Shown: piece after piece, positions 29,680 through 40,096 of the stretch
Numbering within the stretch: the first letter of the stretch is position 1
Layout of the letters: each line of letters begins with the position of its first letter
From: Candidatus Yanofskybacteria bacterium RIFCSPLOWO2_02_FULL_44_18
GTDB lineage: Bacteria; Patescibacteriota; Minisyncoccia; 2-02-FULL-40-12; GWA2-44-9
Assembly: GCA_001794755.1 (NCBI GenBank)
Contig: MGKT01000002.1
Location: 1-63,129, forward strand
Reading direction: 5' to 3'
DNA length: 63,129 nucleotides
Notes under the pieces: generated by a model
The model's database searches: none
Seen by the model: the letters and a program-made list of their open reading frames with translations, nothing else
What the model was told of the DNA's origin: nothing
Position numbers and translations under genes: made by a program

Positions 29680-30009
29680 ATGGCCACAAAAAAAAAGACG
29701 GATAATAACCAGAGGATAAGAATAAAGCTGAAAGCCTATGACAATAAAATCATAGACAAATCAGCCAATCAGATTGTCGAAACGATAGAGCGCTATGGCG
29801 GAAAGCCGATCGGGCCGGTGCCATTGCCGACGGAAATACGCAAGTATACGGTAAATCGCTCGACGTTTATAGATAAAAATTCCAGAGAACAGTATGAGAT
29901 GAGGATTCACAAAAGACTCATTGATATCACCGCCCCGACACCGAAAATAATAGACGCTTTGATGAATCTGAATCTGCCCGCAGGAGTGGATATCGAGGTT
30001 AAGATGTGA
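29680..30009 (+). CDS. rpsJ: 30S ribosomal protein uS10
   Basis: [24 protein letters not shown]. Confidence 0.98.
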   Translation: MATKKKTDNNQRIRIKLKAYDNKIIDKSANQIVETIERYGGKPIGPVPLPTEIRKYTVNRSTFIDKNSREQYEMRIHKRLIDITAPTPKIIDALMNLNLPAGVDIEVKM

Positions 30010-30255
30010 TTATTTCTTTACTTCTCGCCTCAGGTAAATGGGACGAGAGAATAAGGCAGTAATTGCAAAATGGAATTAATCCGGAAACTGTCGCGAGGCA
30101 ACCGGTTTATTAAAAATTCATTATTGCAAAAAATGTCTTTGTCAGGATTGTTGGCGCAAAAATCTAACTAAATACGTTTATTTAAATAGTTAGTTTGGAT
30201 TGCCCAGTAATCTGGGTTTTTCGTTGGAATGAAAATGTTTAGAACGAGAGCAAAT

Positions 30256-30843
30256 ATGAAATTTATTGTAGGCAAAAAGATAGGCATGACCCAGATATTC
30301 AAGGAAGACGGAACCGTCGTCCCGGTTACGCTTGTCAAAGCTGAACCAAACATCGTGACCCAGCTGAAAACGAAAGATAAAGACGGGTATGAAGCCGTGC
30401 AAATCGGATACGGCAAAAAGAGAAGCGTAAAAAAACCCCAAAAGAAAACGGGCGACTTCGCCGGATTGAGAGAATTTAAGAACGACGGAGAATTGAAAAT
30501 CGGAGACAAAATCGACGTTACCGTGTTTTCCGAAGGTGACAACGTTAAGGTTTCTGGAACAACAAAAGGAAAGGGCTTTCAGGGCGTGGTTAAAAGGCAC
30601 GGCTTTCACGGTGCACCGGCGAGTCACGGCCACCATCACGTCTTGCGCCATGGTGGTTCAATCGGCCAGAGATTTCCTCAACATACGCTAAAAGGCATGC
30701 GCATGGCCGGACACATGGGAAATGTAAGAGCGTCGACGAGAGGATTGAAAATCATAAAAGTTGATTCGGAAAAGAACATTCTGGTAATAAATGGAGCGAT
30801 TCCGGGGAATAACGGGGGAATTGTGGAAATATATGGAAATTAA
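30256..30843 (+). CDS. rplC: 50S ribosomal protein uL3
   Basis: GKKIGMTQIF, KGKGFQGVVKRHGF, MAGHMG. Confidence 0.97.
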   Translation: MKFIVGKKIGMTQIFKEDGTVVPVTLVKAEPNIVTQLKTKDKDGYEAVQIGYGKKRSVKKPQKKTGDFAGLREFKNDGELKIGDKIDVTVFSEGDNVKVSGTTKGKGFQGVVKRHGFHGAPASHGHHHVLRHGGSIGQRFPQHTLKGMRMAGHMGNVRASTRGLKIIKVDSEKNILVINGAIPGNNGGIVEIYGN

Positions 30844-31468
30844 TGTATACAACCAAAACGCCGAAAATGTGGGGTCCGTAGAGATATCGGACAAAGTTTT
30901 TGGCGCGGCCATGAACAAAGATTTGCTTTATCAAGTTGTCAATTCGGAAATGGCGAATAAGAGACAGGTCATAGCCCACACCAAAGGCCGATCCGAAGTC
31001 AGGGGCGGAGGAGTTAAGCCTTGGCGCCAAAAGGGAACGGGCCGGGCCCGGCATGGATCCATCCGATCGCCGATATGGAAAGGCGGAGGCGTAACCCACG
31101 GACCGCTCAAATGGGAAAGTTATAAAAAAGGAATAAATAAAAAAATGGCCAAAAAAGCATTGGCTGTTGCTCTATCGGCCAAATTCAAAGACAACGAAGT
31201 GGCTGTTGTTGATTCAATCAACATGCCACGGCCGAAAACAAAAGAGATGGCCATTATCGTAAAGAATTTTTCCAAAATAGTTTCCGGAAAAGGTGGGTCA
31301 TACATATTAATCACGCCAGACCACAGTCCGGAATTGGTTCGATTGTCGAATAATATTAAAAACATAGATATTATTGAAGCCAGGAATTTGAGTCCGCTGA
31401 CGGTTATGTCCCACAAATACGCGGTTATATTGAAAGACTCATTGGAAGTTTTGAATAAAAGAATATGA
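30833..31468 (+). CDS. rplD: 50S ribosomal protein uL4
   Basis: KPWRQKGTGRARHGS.RSP.W.GGG. Confidence 0.97.
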   Translation: MEINVYNQNAENVGSVEISDKVFGAAMNKDLLYQVVNSEMANKRQVIAHTKGRSEVRGGGVKPWRQKGTGRARHGSIRSPIWKGGGVTHGPLKWESYKKGINKKMAKKALAVALSAKFKDNEVAVVDSINMPRPKTKEMAIIVKNFSKIVSGKGGSYILITPDHSPELVRLSNNIKNIDIIEARNLSPLTVMSHKYAVILKDSLEVLNKRI

Positions 31469-31845
31469 AATTAAATCCTTTTAAAAAAGAAGATAAAAAG
31501 AAAGAGGCCGATAAGGCCGAAGTTTCGGTTCCCGAAAAAAAGGAAACAATACTGGTTTCCGATTCCGGCGCCTACAAAGTTTTAACCAGTTTATATATTT
31601 CCGAAAAAGCCTCGCTTTTAACAAATATTAATCAATATGTTTTTAAGGTTACGGCGGTTGCGACCAAATCGGAAATTGCCAAGAAGGTTGAAAAACTTTT
31701 CAGCGTAAAAGTTAAAAAAGTAAAAATCGTGAAACTTCCGGCCAAACGAAGAACCGTGGGTAAGTATCAAGGAAAAACAAACGCGGTTAAAAAAGCAATC
31801 GTAGTATTGAAGCCTGGCTACGCGATTGAGCAAGCCAAAGCATAA
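31465..31845 (+). CDS. rplW: 50S ribosomal protein uL23 (N-terminal extension)
   Basis: SEKA, Y.F.V...ATK.EI, KKAIV.L. Confidence 0.95.
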   Translation: MKLNPFKKEDKKKEADKAEVSVPEKKETILVSDSGAYKVLTSLYISEKASLLTNINQYVFKVTAVATKSEIAKKVEKLFSVKVKKVKIVKLPAKRRTVGKYQGKTNAVKKAIVVLKPGYAIEQAKA

Positions 31846-31847
31846 CC

Positions 31848-32672
31848 ATGAAGAAATATAATCCGACAACGCCGTCGCGAAGGCACATGATGGGATATGA
31901 TTTTTCAAAACTGTCCGCAGTTGAGCCTTTGAAGTCTTTGAAAAAAAGTTTCAAACGGTCTGTCGGACGCAACAATCAGGGCCGGGTGACCAGTCTTCAC
32001 AGAGGCGGCGGCGTCAAAAGATTATACCGGACGATAGATTTTAAACAGCAGAAGATGGATGTACCCGGAAAAGTTTTTTCCATCGAGTATGATCCGAACA
32101 GAACGGCTAGGATAGCTCGTATTACATATGCTGACGGCGAGCGGCGCTATATTTTGGCCCCGGAGGGACTTAACGTCGGCGACAAAATTGTAACCGCTGA
32201 CAAAGCAGCCTTAAAGCCCGGAAATAGGATGAGGTTGAAAAATATTCCCCAAGGATCACTGGTATACAATATTGAATTGTTCCCAGGCCGGGGCGGCATG
32301 GCCGTCAGGTCTGCCGGAACAGCAGCTTCGGTTTTAGCCAGTGAGGGCGGATATGTCCAGCTGGTAATGCCTTCTTCGGAAGTCCGGAAGGTTTCAGACA
32401 ATTGTTTTGCTTCGTACGGACAGGTATCCAATATGGAGCACAGCACGATATCGCTCGGAAAAGCCGGACGAAACAGGTGGTTGGGCAAAAGGCCAAAAGT
32501 CAGGGGAACAGCCATGAATCCGGTTGACCATCCGCACGGCGGCGGTGAAGGCCGACAAGGCCGAGGCACAAGAAGGCCGAAGACCGCCCAGGGCAAAGTT
32601 ACCGGCGGCCGAAAAACAAGAAACAAGAAAAAGAAATCAGGCGTGTTTATTATAAGACGCAGAAACAAGTAG
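31848..32672 (+). CDS. rplB: 50S ribosomal protein uL2
   Basis: EYDPNR.ARIA, P.VRG.AMNPVDHPHGGGEG. Confidence 0.98.
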   Translation: MKKYNPTTPSRRHMMGYDFSKLSAVEPLKSLKKSFKRSVGRNNQGRVTSLHRGGGVKRLYRTIDFKQQKMDVPGKVFSIEYDPNRTARIARITYADGERRYILAPEGLNVGDKIVTADKAALKPGNRMRLKNIPQGSLVYNIELFPGRGGMAVRSAGTAASVLASEGGYVQLVMPSSEVRKVSDNCFASYGQVSNMEHSTISLGKAGRNRWLGKRPKVRGTAMNPVDHPHGGGEGRQGRGTRRPKTAQGKVTGGRKTRNKKKKSGVFIIRRRNK

Positions 32673-32703
32673 AGTTTCGCCCCATGACCAAACACAATAA
32701 TAT

Positions 32704-33042
32704 ATGAGCAGATCACTAAAAAAAGGCCCTTATGTAGACGAAAAACTCCTTAAAAAAGTAGGCCGTCTTAAAGTTGGAGATAAAACAATTATCAAAACAT
32801 GGGCCCGCGCGTCCACGATTGTTCCGGAAATGATTGGCTTTACTTTCGGGGTTCACAATGGTAAAGTCCATGTCCCCGTCTTTGTTACAGAGGATATGGT
32901 CGGTCATAAATTGGGTGAGTTTTCTCTAACCCGCAAATTCTCCCGCCACGGCGGACGAATGCAGAAAGAGATTGAAACAGCGGCCAAACAGAAAGAATTA
33001 GATGCGGCTAAAGCGGCCAAAATTGAGCCTGAGAAAAAATAA
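32704..33042 (+). CDS. rpsS: 30S ribosomal protein uS19
   Basis: [23 protein letters not shown]. Confidence 0.98.
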   Translation: MSRSLKKGPYVDEKLLKKVGRLKVGDKTIIKTWARASTIVPEMIGFTFGVHNGKVHVPVFVTEDMVGHKLGEFSLTRKFSRHGGRMQKEIETAAKQKELDAAKAAKIEPEKK

Positions 33043-33044
33043 TC

Positions 33045-33542
33045 ATGCAAACCGTAACTAAATTAAACAATTTAAGATTAGCGCCCAGAAAAGTCAGATC
33101 CGTAGCCAATCTATTGAAGGGCAAAGATGTGTTGGCGGCTTTGGACCAGCTGGAGTTCTTTGTTAAAAGGCCCAGTCCGCACATGATTAAGCTTTTGAAA
33201 TCGGCTTTAGCTAACGCCGAAAATAATTTCCACATGGTTAAAGAAAATCTATACATCAAAAGTATTTTAGTTAACGAGGGCGTAAAATTAAGAAGATTTG
33301 AGCCAAAGGGTTTTGGCCGGGTGTCACCGATTCAAAAGAAAACCAGCCTGATTACTGTTGTTCTTGATGAAAAAGTGGCCGGTCTGAAAAGGACGGTTAA
33401 GTCGAAGCCCGAACACGTGCACGAACATAAAGTTGAAACCGAGGCAAAAACAGACAAGAAGCCCGAAATTAAAACGGAAATTGGCAAAAAAGTAAGTAAA
33501 AAAGGTTTTGTAAAAAGAATTTTCCAAAGAAAGACAGTTTAA
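33045..33542 (+). CDS. rplV: 50S ribosomal protein uL22 (C-terminal extension)
   Basis: APRKVR.VA, SA.ANAE.N, V.EG..L.R..P...GR. Confidence 0.96.
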   Translation: MQTVTKLNNLRLAPRKVRSVANLLKGKDVLAALDQLEFFVKRPSPHMIKLLKSALANAENNFHMVKENLYIKSILVNEGVKLRRFEPKGFGRVSPIQKKTSLITVVLDEKVAGLKRTVKSKPEHVHEHKVETEAKTDKKPEIKTEIGKKVSKKGFVKRIFQRKTV

Positions 33543-33543
33543 T

Positions 33544-34179
33544 ATGGGACAAAAAACATCACCAACGGCATTTAGGGTAGGTATTACGAAGGATTGGTAT
33601 TCCCGCTGGTTTAGCGCGAAGAAATACATTCCTTTTTTGAAAGATGACGTTTCGGTCCGAAGTTTTTTGGTCAGGAAATTAAAGGGCATGTCCGTGGATC
33701 GGATTGAAATTGAAAGAGGAACGGACATGCTCAATATCATCGTCTACACATCCAGGCCGGGTTTGATAATCGGCCGTGGTGGAGGCGGCATCGAAGATCT
33801 GAAAAAAGCTTTGCAGAGAGTTTTGAAAAATAAAGTAAGCGTTCGGATTGAAATCCAAGAAATAAAAAGTCCCGAATCTTCCGCCGCTATCATGGCTGAA
33901 TCCATCGTAGAACAAATTGAAAAGAGGATTCCATACCGAAGAATCATGAAGCAAACACTGGCCAAGATGATGGCCAATAAACAGGTTAAAGGGGCCAAGA
34001 TATATATCGGCGGCCGATTAGACGGAGCAGAAATTGCTCGAGCCGAACATTTAGAAGAAGGCAATTTGCCCTTGCAGACGTTGAGAGCCGATATAGACTA
34101 TGCCAAGGCAACTGCGATGACGACATTCGGAACAATCGGTATTAAGGTTTGGATATATAAAGGTGAAAAATTCGATTAA
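33544..34179 (+). CDS. rpsC: 30S ribosomal protein uS3
   Basis: MGQK..P..FR.G, GRLDGAEIAR, PLQTLRADIDY. Confidence 0.98.
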   Translation: MGQKTSPTAFRVGITKDWYSRWFSAKKYIPFLKDDVSVRSFLVRKLKGMSVDRIEIERGTDMLNIIVYTSRPGLIIGRGGGGIEDLKKALQRVLKNKVSVRIEIQEIKSPESSAAIMAESIVEQIEKRIPYRRIMKQTLAKMMANKQVKGAKIYIGGRLDGAEIARAEHLEEGNLPLQTLRADIDYAKATAMTTFGTIGIKVWIYKGEKFD

Positions 34180-34194
34180 GTCGACAAATTAGAA

Positions 34195-34602
34195 ATGAAA
34201 ATGCAGCCTTCCAGAGTTAAACATACGAAAGTCCATAAAGGCAAAGTAAAAGCCGTGGCTTCGCGCGGCACAAAATTGAGCTTTGGAAGCTTTGGGTTGA
34301 AATCGGAAGAATCTTCGTGGCTTAAGTCGAATCAATTGGAATCGGCCCGGCGGGTCATGGCCAAATTCATTCAGCGCGGCGGCAAAATTTGGATGCGTGT
34401 GTTTCCGGATAAGCCTCGAACCGCCCGTAGTCCGGAATTGGGTATGGGTGGCGGACGAGGTCCATTGTCGCATTTTGTGGTGCCGGTTGAAGCTGGCCGG
34501 GTCATATTTGAAATTGACGGCCTGCCGGAAGCGACGGCCAGAGAAGCCTTAAGATTGGGGGCCCATAAATTGCCCGTTAAAACCAGAATCATAAGCCGAT
34601 GA
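34195..34602 (+). CDS. rplP: 50S ribosomal protein uL16
   Basis: QLESAR, GKIW.RVFPDKP, MG.G.G, KLPVKT. Confidence 0.97.
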   Translation: MKMQPSRVKHTKVHKGKVKAVASRGTKLSFGSFGLKSEESSWLKSNQLESARRVMAKFIQRGGKIWMRVFPDKPRTARSPELGMGGGRGPLSHFVVPVEAGRVIFEIDGLPEATAREALRLGAHKLPVKTRIISR

Positions 34603-34790
34603 AATACACAGATTTAGAAAATAAGTCAGCCCAAGAATTAAAGAATATGCTGGAGGAAACGAAAGCTATGATGCTGCAGCTGCGGTTTGATTTGGCAAAT
34701 AAAAAATTAAATGATGTCAGCAGATTAAAGAAGACTAAAACCAGCATCGCCCAAATATTAACCAAAATAAAAGAACATGCCGGAAAATAA
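34599..34790 (+). CDS. rpmC: 50S ribosomal protein uL29
   Basis: Size, position, L..LRF, K..IA.I.T. Confidence 0.92.
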   Translation: MKYTDLENKSAQELKNMLEETKAMMLQLRFDLANKKLNDVSRLKKTKTSIAQILTKIKEHAGK

Positions 34791-35028
34791 TAAAAAACCA
34801 AGAACGTTAAAAGGGACTGTCGTATCCGATAAGATGACCAAGACGGCTGTGATTGAAATCGCCCGAATGGTCAAGCATCCCAAATACAAGAAATTCGTCA
34901 AATTAAGCAAAAGATTTAAAGCCCATAACCCCGAAAACCAATTTCATGTCGGCGACAAGGTTACGATTCAGGAATCAAAGCCTATATCCAAAGACAAGAG
35001 ATGGGTTATAACCGGGAAGGTTCAATAA
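34777..35028 (+). CDS. rpsQ: 30S ribosomal protein uS17
   Basis: G.VVSDKM.KT, HPKY.K, E.KPISK.KRW. Confidence 0.97.
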   Translation: MPENNKKPRTLKGTVVSDKMTKTAVIEIARMVKHPKYKKFVKLSKRFKAHNPENQFHVGDKVTIQESKPISKDKRWVITGKVQ

Positions 35029-35029
35029 T

Positions 35030-35395
35030 ATGCTTCAATTACGTTCCATGGTTGGTGTTGCTGATAATTCAGGCGCAAGGCGCGTCGGCGTGTTTAAGGT
35101 TCTCGGCGGTTCAAAGAAGAGATACGCCCGAATCGGCGATATTGTCGTGGTATCCGTCAAGGACGCCGAGCCGAGAAAAACGGTTAAGAAAAAAGATGTT
35201 TTGAAGGCATTAGTTGTCAGGCAGAAACAGCCGTTCAGGCGTAAAGACGGGAGCTATATCCGCTTTGACGACAATGCCGTTATTATTCTTGATGGCAAGG
35301 AGCCTAAAGGCGGCCGAGTATTCGGACCCATTCCTAGAGAAATAAGAGAATTGGGATATTCGACCATTGCTTCTCTGGCCGAAGAATTAGTTTAA
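35030..35395 (+). CDS. rplN: 50S ribosomal protein uL14
   Basis: [24 protein letters not shown]. Confidence 0.98.
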   Translation: MLQLRSMVGVADNSGARRVGVFKVLGGSKKRYARIGDIVVVSVKDAEPRKTVKKKDVLKALVVRQKQPFRRKDGSYIRFDDNAVIILDGKEPKGGRVFGPIPREIRELGYSTIASLAEELV

Positions 35396-35399
35396 TAAT

Positions 35400-35708
35400 A
35401 TGAAATTAAAAAAAGGCGACAACGTGATGATGATGTCCGGAAAAGACAAAGGCAAAAAAGGAAAAATCCTGGCTGTTTTTCCGTCTCAAGACAAAATTGT
35501 GATTGAAGGGTTGAATTTGATAAAAAAAGCAGTCAGGGCCCGAAAGCAGGGTCAAAAAGGCCAGATAATTCACAAGGAAAGATCCGTCAACGCGGCCAGC
35601 GCCGCGCTGATATGCGGCGCCTGCTCGAAACCCACCCGTATTGGATTACGGCTTGATAACGGCAACAAAGTGAGGATATGCAAGAAATGCAACGCCGAAA
35701 TAAAATAA
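35400..35708 (+). CDS. rplX: 50S ribosomal protein uL24
   Basis: KKGD.V...SGKDKGK.G; C-terminal Cys pairs. Confidence 0.97.
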   Translation: MKLKKGDNVMMMSGKDKGKKGKILAVFPSQDKIVIEGLNLIKKAVRARKQGQKGQIIHKERSVNAASAALICGACSKPTRIGLRLDNGNKVRICKKCNAEIK

Positions 35709-35757
35709 GATTGATTTTTTCCAAAAAATATATATAATATAACGGACTAAATAACCC

Positions 35758-36306
35758 ATGACCACGCCCAGATTACAAGAAACATACAGAAAAAAAGTTG
35801 TTCCTGCCCTGAAGGAACAGTTTAAAATACCAAATGTCATGGCGGTGCCAAAAATTGAAAAGGTGGTCATTAATTCGGGAATTGGAAAGATGGTTAAAGA
35901 CGACAAGGGGATTACCAAGCTCGAAAAAGATATTTCTCTTTTGTCGGGCCAGAAGGCAGTGTTCAGAAAAGCCCGCAAGTCCATTTCCGGATTCAAGCTG
36001 CGCGAAGGAACAAATATCGGAATTTCCGTTACTGTCAGAGGCAAAAGAATGTACGATTTCATTGATCGTCTGATATCCATTGCCTTGCCCAGATCAAAGG
36101 ACTTCCGGGGGATAGAAATAAAAAATATCGATTCGGATGGGAACTTAAATCTCGGCGTAAAAGAGCACAATATTTTTCCGGAAGTGACATACGAAAGCAC
36201 GAAAGATATTTTTGGTCTGCAGGTCACGGTTGTAACCAATGCCGGCAGTAGAGAAAAAGGCCTAGCCTTGTTTAAAATGCTGGGTTTTCCATTCAAACAT
36301 GCCTAA
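35758..36306 (+). CDS. rplE: 50S ribosomal protein uL5
   Basis: P.IEKVVIN.G.G, FKLREG, LPR..DFRG. Confidence 0.97.
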   Translation: MTTPRLQETYRKKVVPALKEQFKIPNVMAVPKIEKVVINSGIGKMVKDDKGITKLEKDISLLSGQKAVFRKARKSISGFKLREGTNIGISVTVRGKRMYDFIDRLISIALPRSKDFRGIEIKNIDSDGNLNLGVKEHNIFPEVTYESTKDIFGLQVTVVTNAGSREKGLALFKMLGFPFKHA

Positions 36307-36484
36307 GAAATCAACAATCGCCCGATCCAACAAAAAACCGAAATTTTCATCACGGATTGTTAAGCGCTGTTTCATTTGCGGCCGCAAGCCGGGCTATATC
36401 GGCAAGTTCGGTTTGTGCCGGATTCATTTCAGAGAATTAGCCAACGCCGGCATGCTGCCCGGTGTTAAAAAATCATCATGGTAA
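36299..36484 (+). CDS. rpsN: 30S ribosomal protein uS14 (type Z)
   Basis: RC..CGR...Y..KFGLCRI.FRE.A..G.LPGV.K.SW. Confidence 0.96.
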   Translation: MPKKSTIARSNKKPKFSSRIVKRCFICGRKPGYIGKFGLCRIHFRELANAGMLPGVKKSSW

Positions 36485-36879
36485 CAGATCCAATTTCAGA
36501 CATGTTAATACAGATTAAGAATGCCCAGCTTTCCAAAAAAGAGCAGGTTTCGATTCCTTTTTCCAAGATGAAAATGTCTATAGCCGATATCTTGAAGTCA
36601 TCGGGATTTGTGGCTGATGTCGAAAAAAAGTCCAAGAAAATGAAAAATTCCGAGCATGATTACATTTACATTACGTTGAAATACGGCGACGGAACCATAT
36701 TGAATAATGTGAAAATCGTTTCAAAGCCGTCGCGTCGAATGTACATGAAAGCGTCCGAAATCAGGCCGGTAAGATCAGGCTACGGGTTGGCCATTCTTTC
36801 GACATCCAGGGGCATCATGACGTCGGAAAACGCCAAGAAAGAAAAATTGGGAGGCGAAATATTATGTGAAGTCTGGTAA
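36478..36879 (+). CDS. rpsH: 30S ribosomal protein uS8
   Basis: [30 protein letters not shown]. Confidence 0.97.
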   Translation: MVTDPISDMLIQIKNAQLSKKEQVSIPFSKMKMSIADILKSSGFVADVEKKSKKMKNSEHDYIYITLKYGDGTILNNVKIVSKPSRRMYMKASEIRPVRSGYGLAILSTSRGIMTSENAKKEKLGGEILCEVW

Positions 36880-36881
36880 CT

Positions 36882-37436
36882 ATGAGCAAAATAGGAAAAA
36901 AACAAATCAATATTCCCCAGGGCGTAACCGTTCGAAACGAAAACGGCTCTGTTTTCGTAAAAGGACCCAAGGGAGAACTATCAATGCCTTTGAGTAGTCA
37001 TTTTGTTTTTACCCAATCTGAAAATACGGCTACGATTATGCCAAGAGAAGAAAAAATACTGAAAGACAATAAAATCCATTCCATGTGGGGCCTTTCAACG
37101 GCCGTCCTTTCCAATTTAATTAAAGGCGTCACTGAAGGATTCGAGAAGGCTTTGGAATTCCAGGGCGTCGGCTACAAAGCCAATGTCAAAGGCAACGATT
37201 TGGAACTGGAATTGGGATACTCCCATCCCATAACCGTGTCGGCGCCGGAAGGAATATCTTTTAAAGTTGAAAAAAATGTCATAAAAGTCATGGGAATTGA
37301 TAAAGAATTAATCGGAAAGGTCGCGGCCCACATACGGACGTTGAGAAAACCCGAGCCATACAAGGGGAGCGGCGTCAGATATTTGGGCGAGGTAATAAAG
37401 CGTAAAGCCGGTAAGAAAGCAACCGCGGCTGCATAA
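36882..37436 (+). CDS. rplF: 50S ribosomal protein uL6
   Basis: SKIGK..I, GVGY, LGYSHP, PEPYKG.G.RY. Confidence 0.98.
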   Translation: MSKIGKKQINIPQGVTVRNENGSVFVKGPKGELSMPLSSHFVFTQSENTATIMPREEKILKDNKIHSMWGLSTAVLSNLIKGVTEGFEKALEFQGVGYKANVKGNDLELELGYSHPITVSAPEGISFKVEKNVIKVMGIDKELIGKVAAHIRTLRKPEPYKGSGVRYLGEVIKRKAGKKATAAA

Positions 37437-37438
37437 CA

Positions 37439-37786
37439 ATGAATACAAAAAGAGAAAAAAGAATACGGAGGCACAACCGTGTAAGAGCGACGATAATCGG
37501 AACGGCAAAAAAGCCCCGGGTTTCAGTTTTTAAAAGCAATAAGAATGTCTTTATCCAATTTATTGACGACGTTTCCGGAAAAACTATTCTGGGTAACTCC
37601 ATTGGAGGCAAGACTAAGACTAAGGGAAATAAAACAGAAAAAGCTTCAAGTACGGCTGAAAGCATGGCCAAGAAAGCGGTGGATTTGGGAATAACCGAGG
37701 CTGTATTCGATCGGGGCGGTTTTAAATATCATGGCCGCGTTAAAGCCGTGGCCGAGGGATTAAGAAAAGGCGGAATTAAATTTTAA
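37439..37786 (+). CDS. rplR: 50S ribosomal protein uL18
   Basis: PR.SVFKSN, FDRGG.KYHGRV.A.A. Confidence 0.97.
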   Translation: MNTKREKRIRRHNRVRATIIGTAKKPRVSVFKSNKNVFIQFIDDVSGKTILGNSIGGKTKTKGNKTEKASSTAESMAKKAVDLGITEAVFDRGGFKYHGRVKAVAEGLRKGGIKF

Positions 37787-37788
37787 AT

Positions 37789-38295
37789 ATGGCAAATTTC
37801 CAACAAAACAGAAGAGGGCCGAGACGAGGCGGACAGAGTCGGGATTTCGTGCGGCCGGAATATGAACAAAAAGTTTTAGACATCGCCCGCGTAGCTCGCG
37901 TCACTAAAGGCGGAAAGAGATTTAGTTTCCGGGCCACCATCGCCATCGGCGACATGAAGAGCAAAGTCGGCGTGGGCATGGCTAAAGGCAAAGATGTGGC
38001 CCAGGCCGTCCAAAAAGCGTATAACCAAGCCAAAAAGAATATGCTTTCAGTCCAGCTTGTAAAAGGAACGATTCCACATCAGGTTGAGGCTAAATATTCC
38101 AGTGCCGTGGTAATTTTAAAGCCGGCTAGCGGCGGCGTAAAAGCCGGAGGTCCGGTTCGCGTAGTGGCCAAACTGGCCGGAATCCATTCTTTGACGGGAA
38201 AATTGACCGAAAGAACGAATAATAAAATCAATATCGCCATGGCTACAATCGAAGCCTTGAAAAAATTAAGAATCAAAAACAATGCAGCTGCATAA
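37789..38295 (+). CDS. rpsE: 30S ribosomal protein uS5
   Basis: RV..VTKGGKRFSF, G.GKG..V..A, G..AGG.VR. Confidence 0.97.
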   Translation: MANFQQNRRGPRRGGQSRDFVRPEYEQKVLDIARVARVTKGGKRFSFRATIAIGDMKSKVGVGMAKGKDVAQAVQKAYNQAKKNMLSVQLVKGTIPHQVEAKYSSAVVILKPASGGVKAGGPVRVVAKLAGIHSLTGKLTERTNNKINIAMATIEALKKLRIKNNAAA

Positions 38296-38749
38296 TATAA
38301 AACCGAACACTCCGAGAAAGAATCAAAAAAGAGTCGGCCGCGGCGGAAAGCGGGGGACTTTTTCCGGCCACGGAACTAAGGGACAGAAAGGCCGGGCTGG
38401 AGCCAGCGTGAAGCCCGGATTCAGAGGCGGCGACAATCGGATTTGGCAGTTGTTTCCCAAATTGAGAGGCGCTTCCAAAAAGCCTGGCAACAAGAAACCG
38501 CACGCGAAGCATAAATATTTCCAACTTCGGCATAAAAAGTCGGAAATTATTAATTTGGGCGAACTGAACGCGTTTGACGGCATGATTGAACCCAAGACGC
38601 TTGTTGACGCCGGAATCGTTCAATCCTCGCGCAACGGAGTCAAAATACTGGGCGTAGGAAAAATAGAAAAGAAAATCCAATTAAAAGGTTTCGCCGTTTC
38701 CAAAACCGCTTTGGATAAGATTTTAAAAGCCGGCGGATCAGTAGAATAA
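38282..38749 (+). CDS. rplO: 50S ribosomal protein uL15
   Basis: R.GRGG..G..SG.G.KGQK.R.G, K.LG.G. Confidence 0.96.
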   Translation: MQLHNIKPNTPRKNQKRVGRGGKRGTFSGHGTKGQKGRAGASVKPGFRGGDNRIWQLFPKLRGASKKPGNKKPHAKHKYFQLRHKKSEIINLGELNAFDGMIEPKTLVDAGIVQSSRNGVKILGVGKIEKKIQLKGFAVSKTALDKILKAGGSVE

Positions 38750-38750
38750 T

Positions 38751-40016
38751 ATGGCAAACAGAATTGCTCAAATTTTTAAGAAGGCCGATTTGAGGAATAA
38801 AATTCTCTATATATCTTTTTTGCTCGTTATTTCCCGCCTTATCTCCAACATTCCCATTCCCGCTCTCGATGCTTCCCGTTTAAGGGATTTCTTCGCCCAA
38901 AATCAGTTCTTTGGTTTGGCCAGCGCTTTCACCGGCGGTTCTTTGGCCAATCTTTCAATCGGCATGCTCGGGCTCGGCCCGTATATAACCGGCTCGATTA
39001 TTATGCAGCTTTTGACGATGATATTTCCGTCGCTGGAACAGATGTATAAATACGAAGGCGAAGCCGGCCGAGCTAAATTTAATCAGTATTCAAGGCTTTT
39101 GACCGTGCCGTTGGCGGCTCTGCAGGGCTATAGCTTCTTGGTTTTGCTTTCCCGGCAGGGGATAATAAATGTTCTTTCTCCGATTGAATGGCTGACGGCC
39201 GTTTCGGTCATAATCGCCGGCAGCGTCTTTTTGATGTGGCTGGGCGAATTGATTTCCGAAAAGAATTTGGGCAATGGCGTGTCTCTTCTAATTTTAGCCG
39301 GCATCGTGGCCGCTATTCCGTCGAGCATCCAGCAGTCAATTTTCACATATACTCCCGGAGATTTTTTCACTTACATAATGTTCGCCGTCGTCGCCCTGAT
39401 TGTCATAGTCGGTGTCGTGTATATTTCCGAGGCCCAGAGAAATATTCCCATTAATTACGCCCGCAGGATAAGAGGCATGAAAGTATACGGCGGAGTTTCC
39501 ACATATCTGCCGATGAGAGTCAACAACGCCGGAGTCATTCCAATCATCTTTGCTCTGTCAATTCTTCTGTTTCCCGGACTGATAGCCAACTTTTTCATTA
39601 CCTCAAGCACGCCATGGCTGGCCAGTCTGGCCCGGAGCGTCAATACTTTTATGCAAGCCGGTTCGCTCTGGTATAATTTATTCTACTTTTTCCTTGTTGT
39701 TGTTTTTACGTATTTCTACACTGCCGTCACATTCGACCCAAAATCAATTTCGGAAAATATTCAAAAGCAGGGCGGATACATTCCCGGCATAAGGCCGGGG
39801 CCTAATACCGCCCAATTTCTGAATCATCTTTTGAATCGCGTGACTTTAGTTGGAGCGATATTCTTGGGCTTGATTGCTGTCTTGCCCAATGTGATTCAAA
39901 GCGCTACCGGCATTACGGCATTTACAGTCGGCGGCACTTCCGTCTTAATCGTTGTGTCAGTTGCTCTGGAGGTCATGAAACAAGTTGACGCGCAACTCTC
40001 GATGTACGAGTATTAA
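38751..40016 (+). CDS. secY: Preprotein translocase subunit SecY
   Basis: LG.GPYIT.SII.QLL, GNGVSL.I, N.AGVIP.IFA, G.YIPGIRPG. Confidence 0.98.
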   Translation: MANRIAQIFKKADLRNKILYISFLLVISRLISNIPIPALDASRLRDFFAQNQFFGLASAFTGGSLANLSIGMLGLGPYITGSIIMQLLTMIFPSLEQMYKYEGEAGRAKFNQYSRLLTVPLAALQGYSFLVLLSRQGIINVLSPIEWLTAVSVIIAGSVFLMWLGELISEKNLGNGVSLLILAGIVAAIPSSIQQSIFTYTPGDFFTYIMFAVVALIVIVGVVYISEAQRNIPINYARRIRGMKVYGGVSTYLPMRVNNAGVIPIIFALSILLFPGLIANFFITSSTPWLASLARSVNTFMQAGSLWYNLFYFFLVVVFTYFYTAVTFDPKSISENIQKQGGYIPGIRPGPNTAQFLNHLLNRVTLVGAIFLGLIAVLPNVIQSATGITAFTVGGTSVLIVVSVALEVMKQVDAQLSMYEY

Positions 40017-40096
40017 ACCATTTTTACCACCAAGTCCCTCATTTACTTTTTAATTATTCTTTGATATTATCGCTGACTAGTTGCAGGAGGTTCTTT

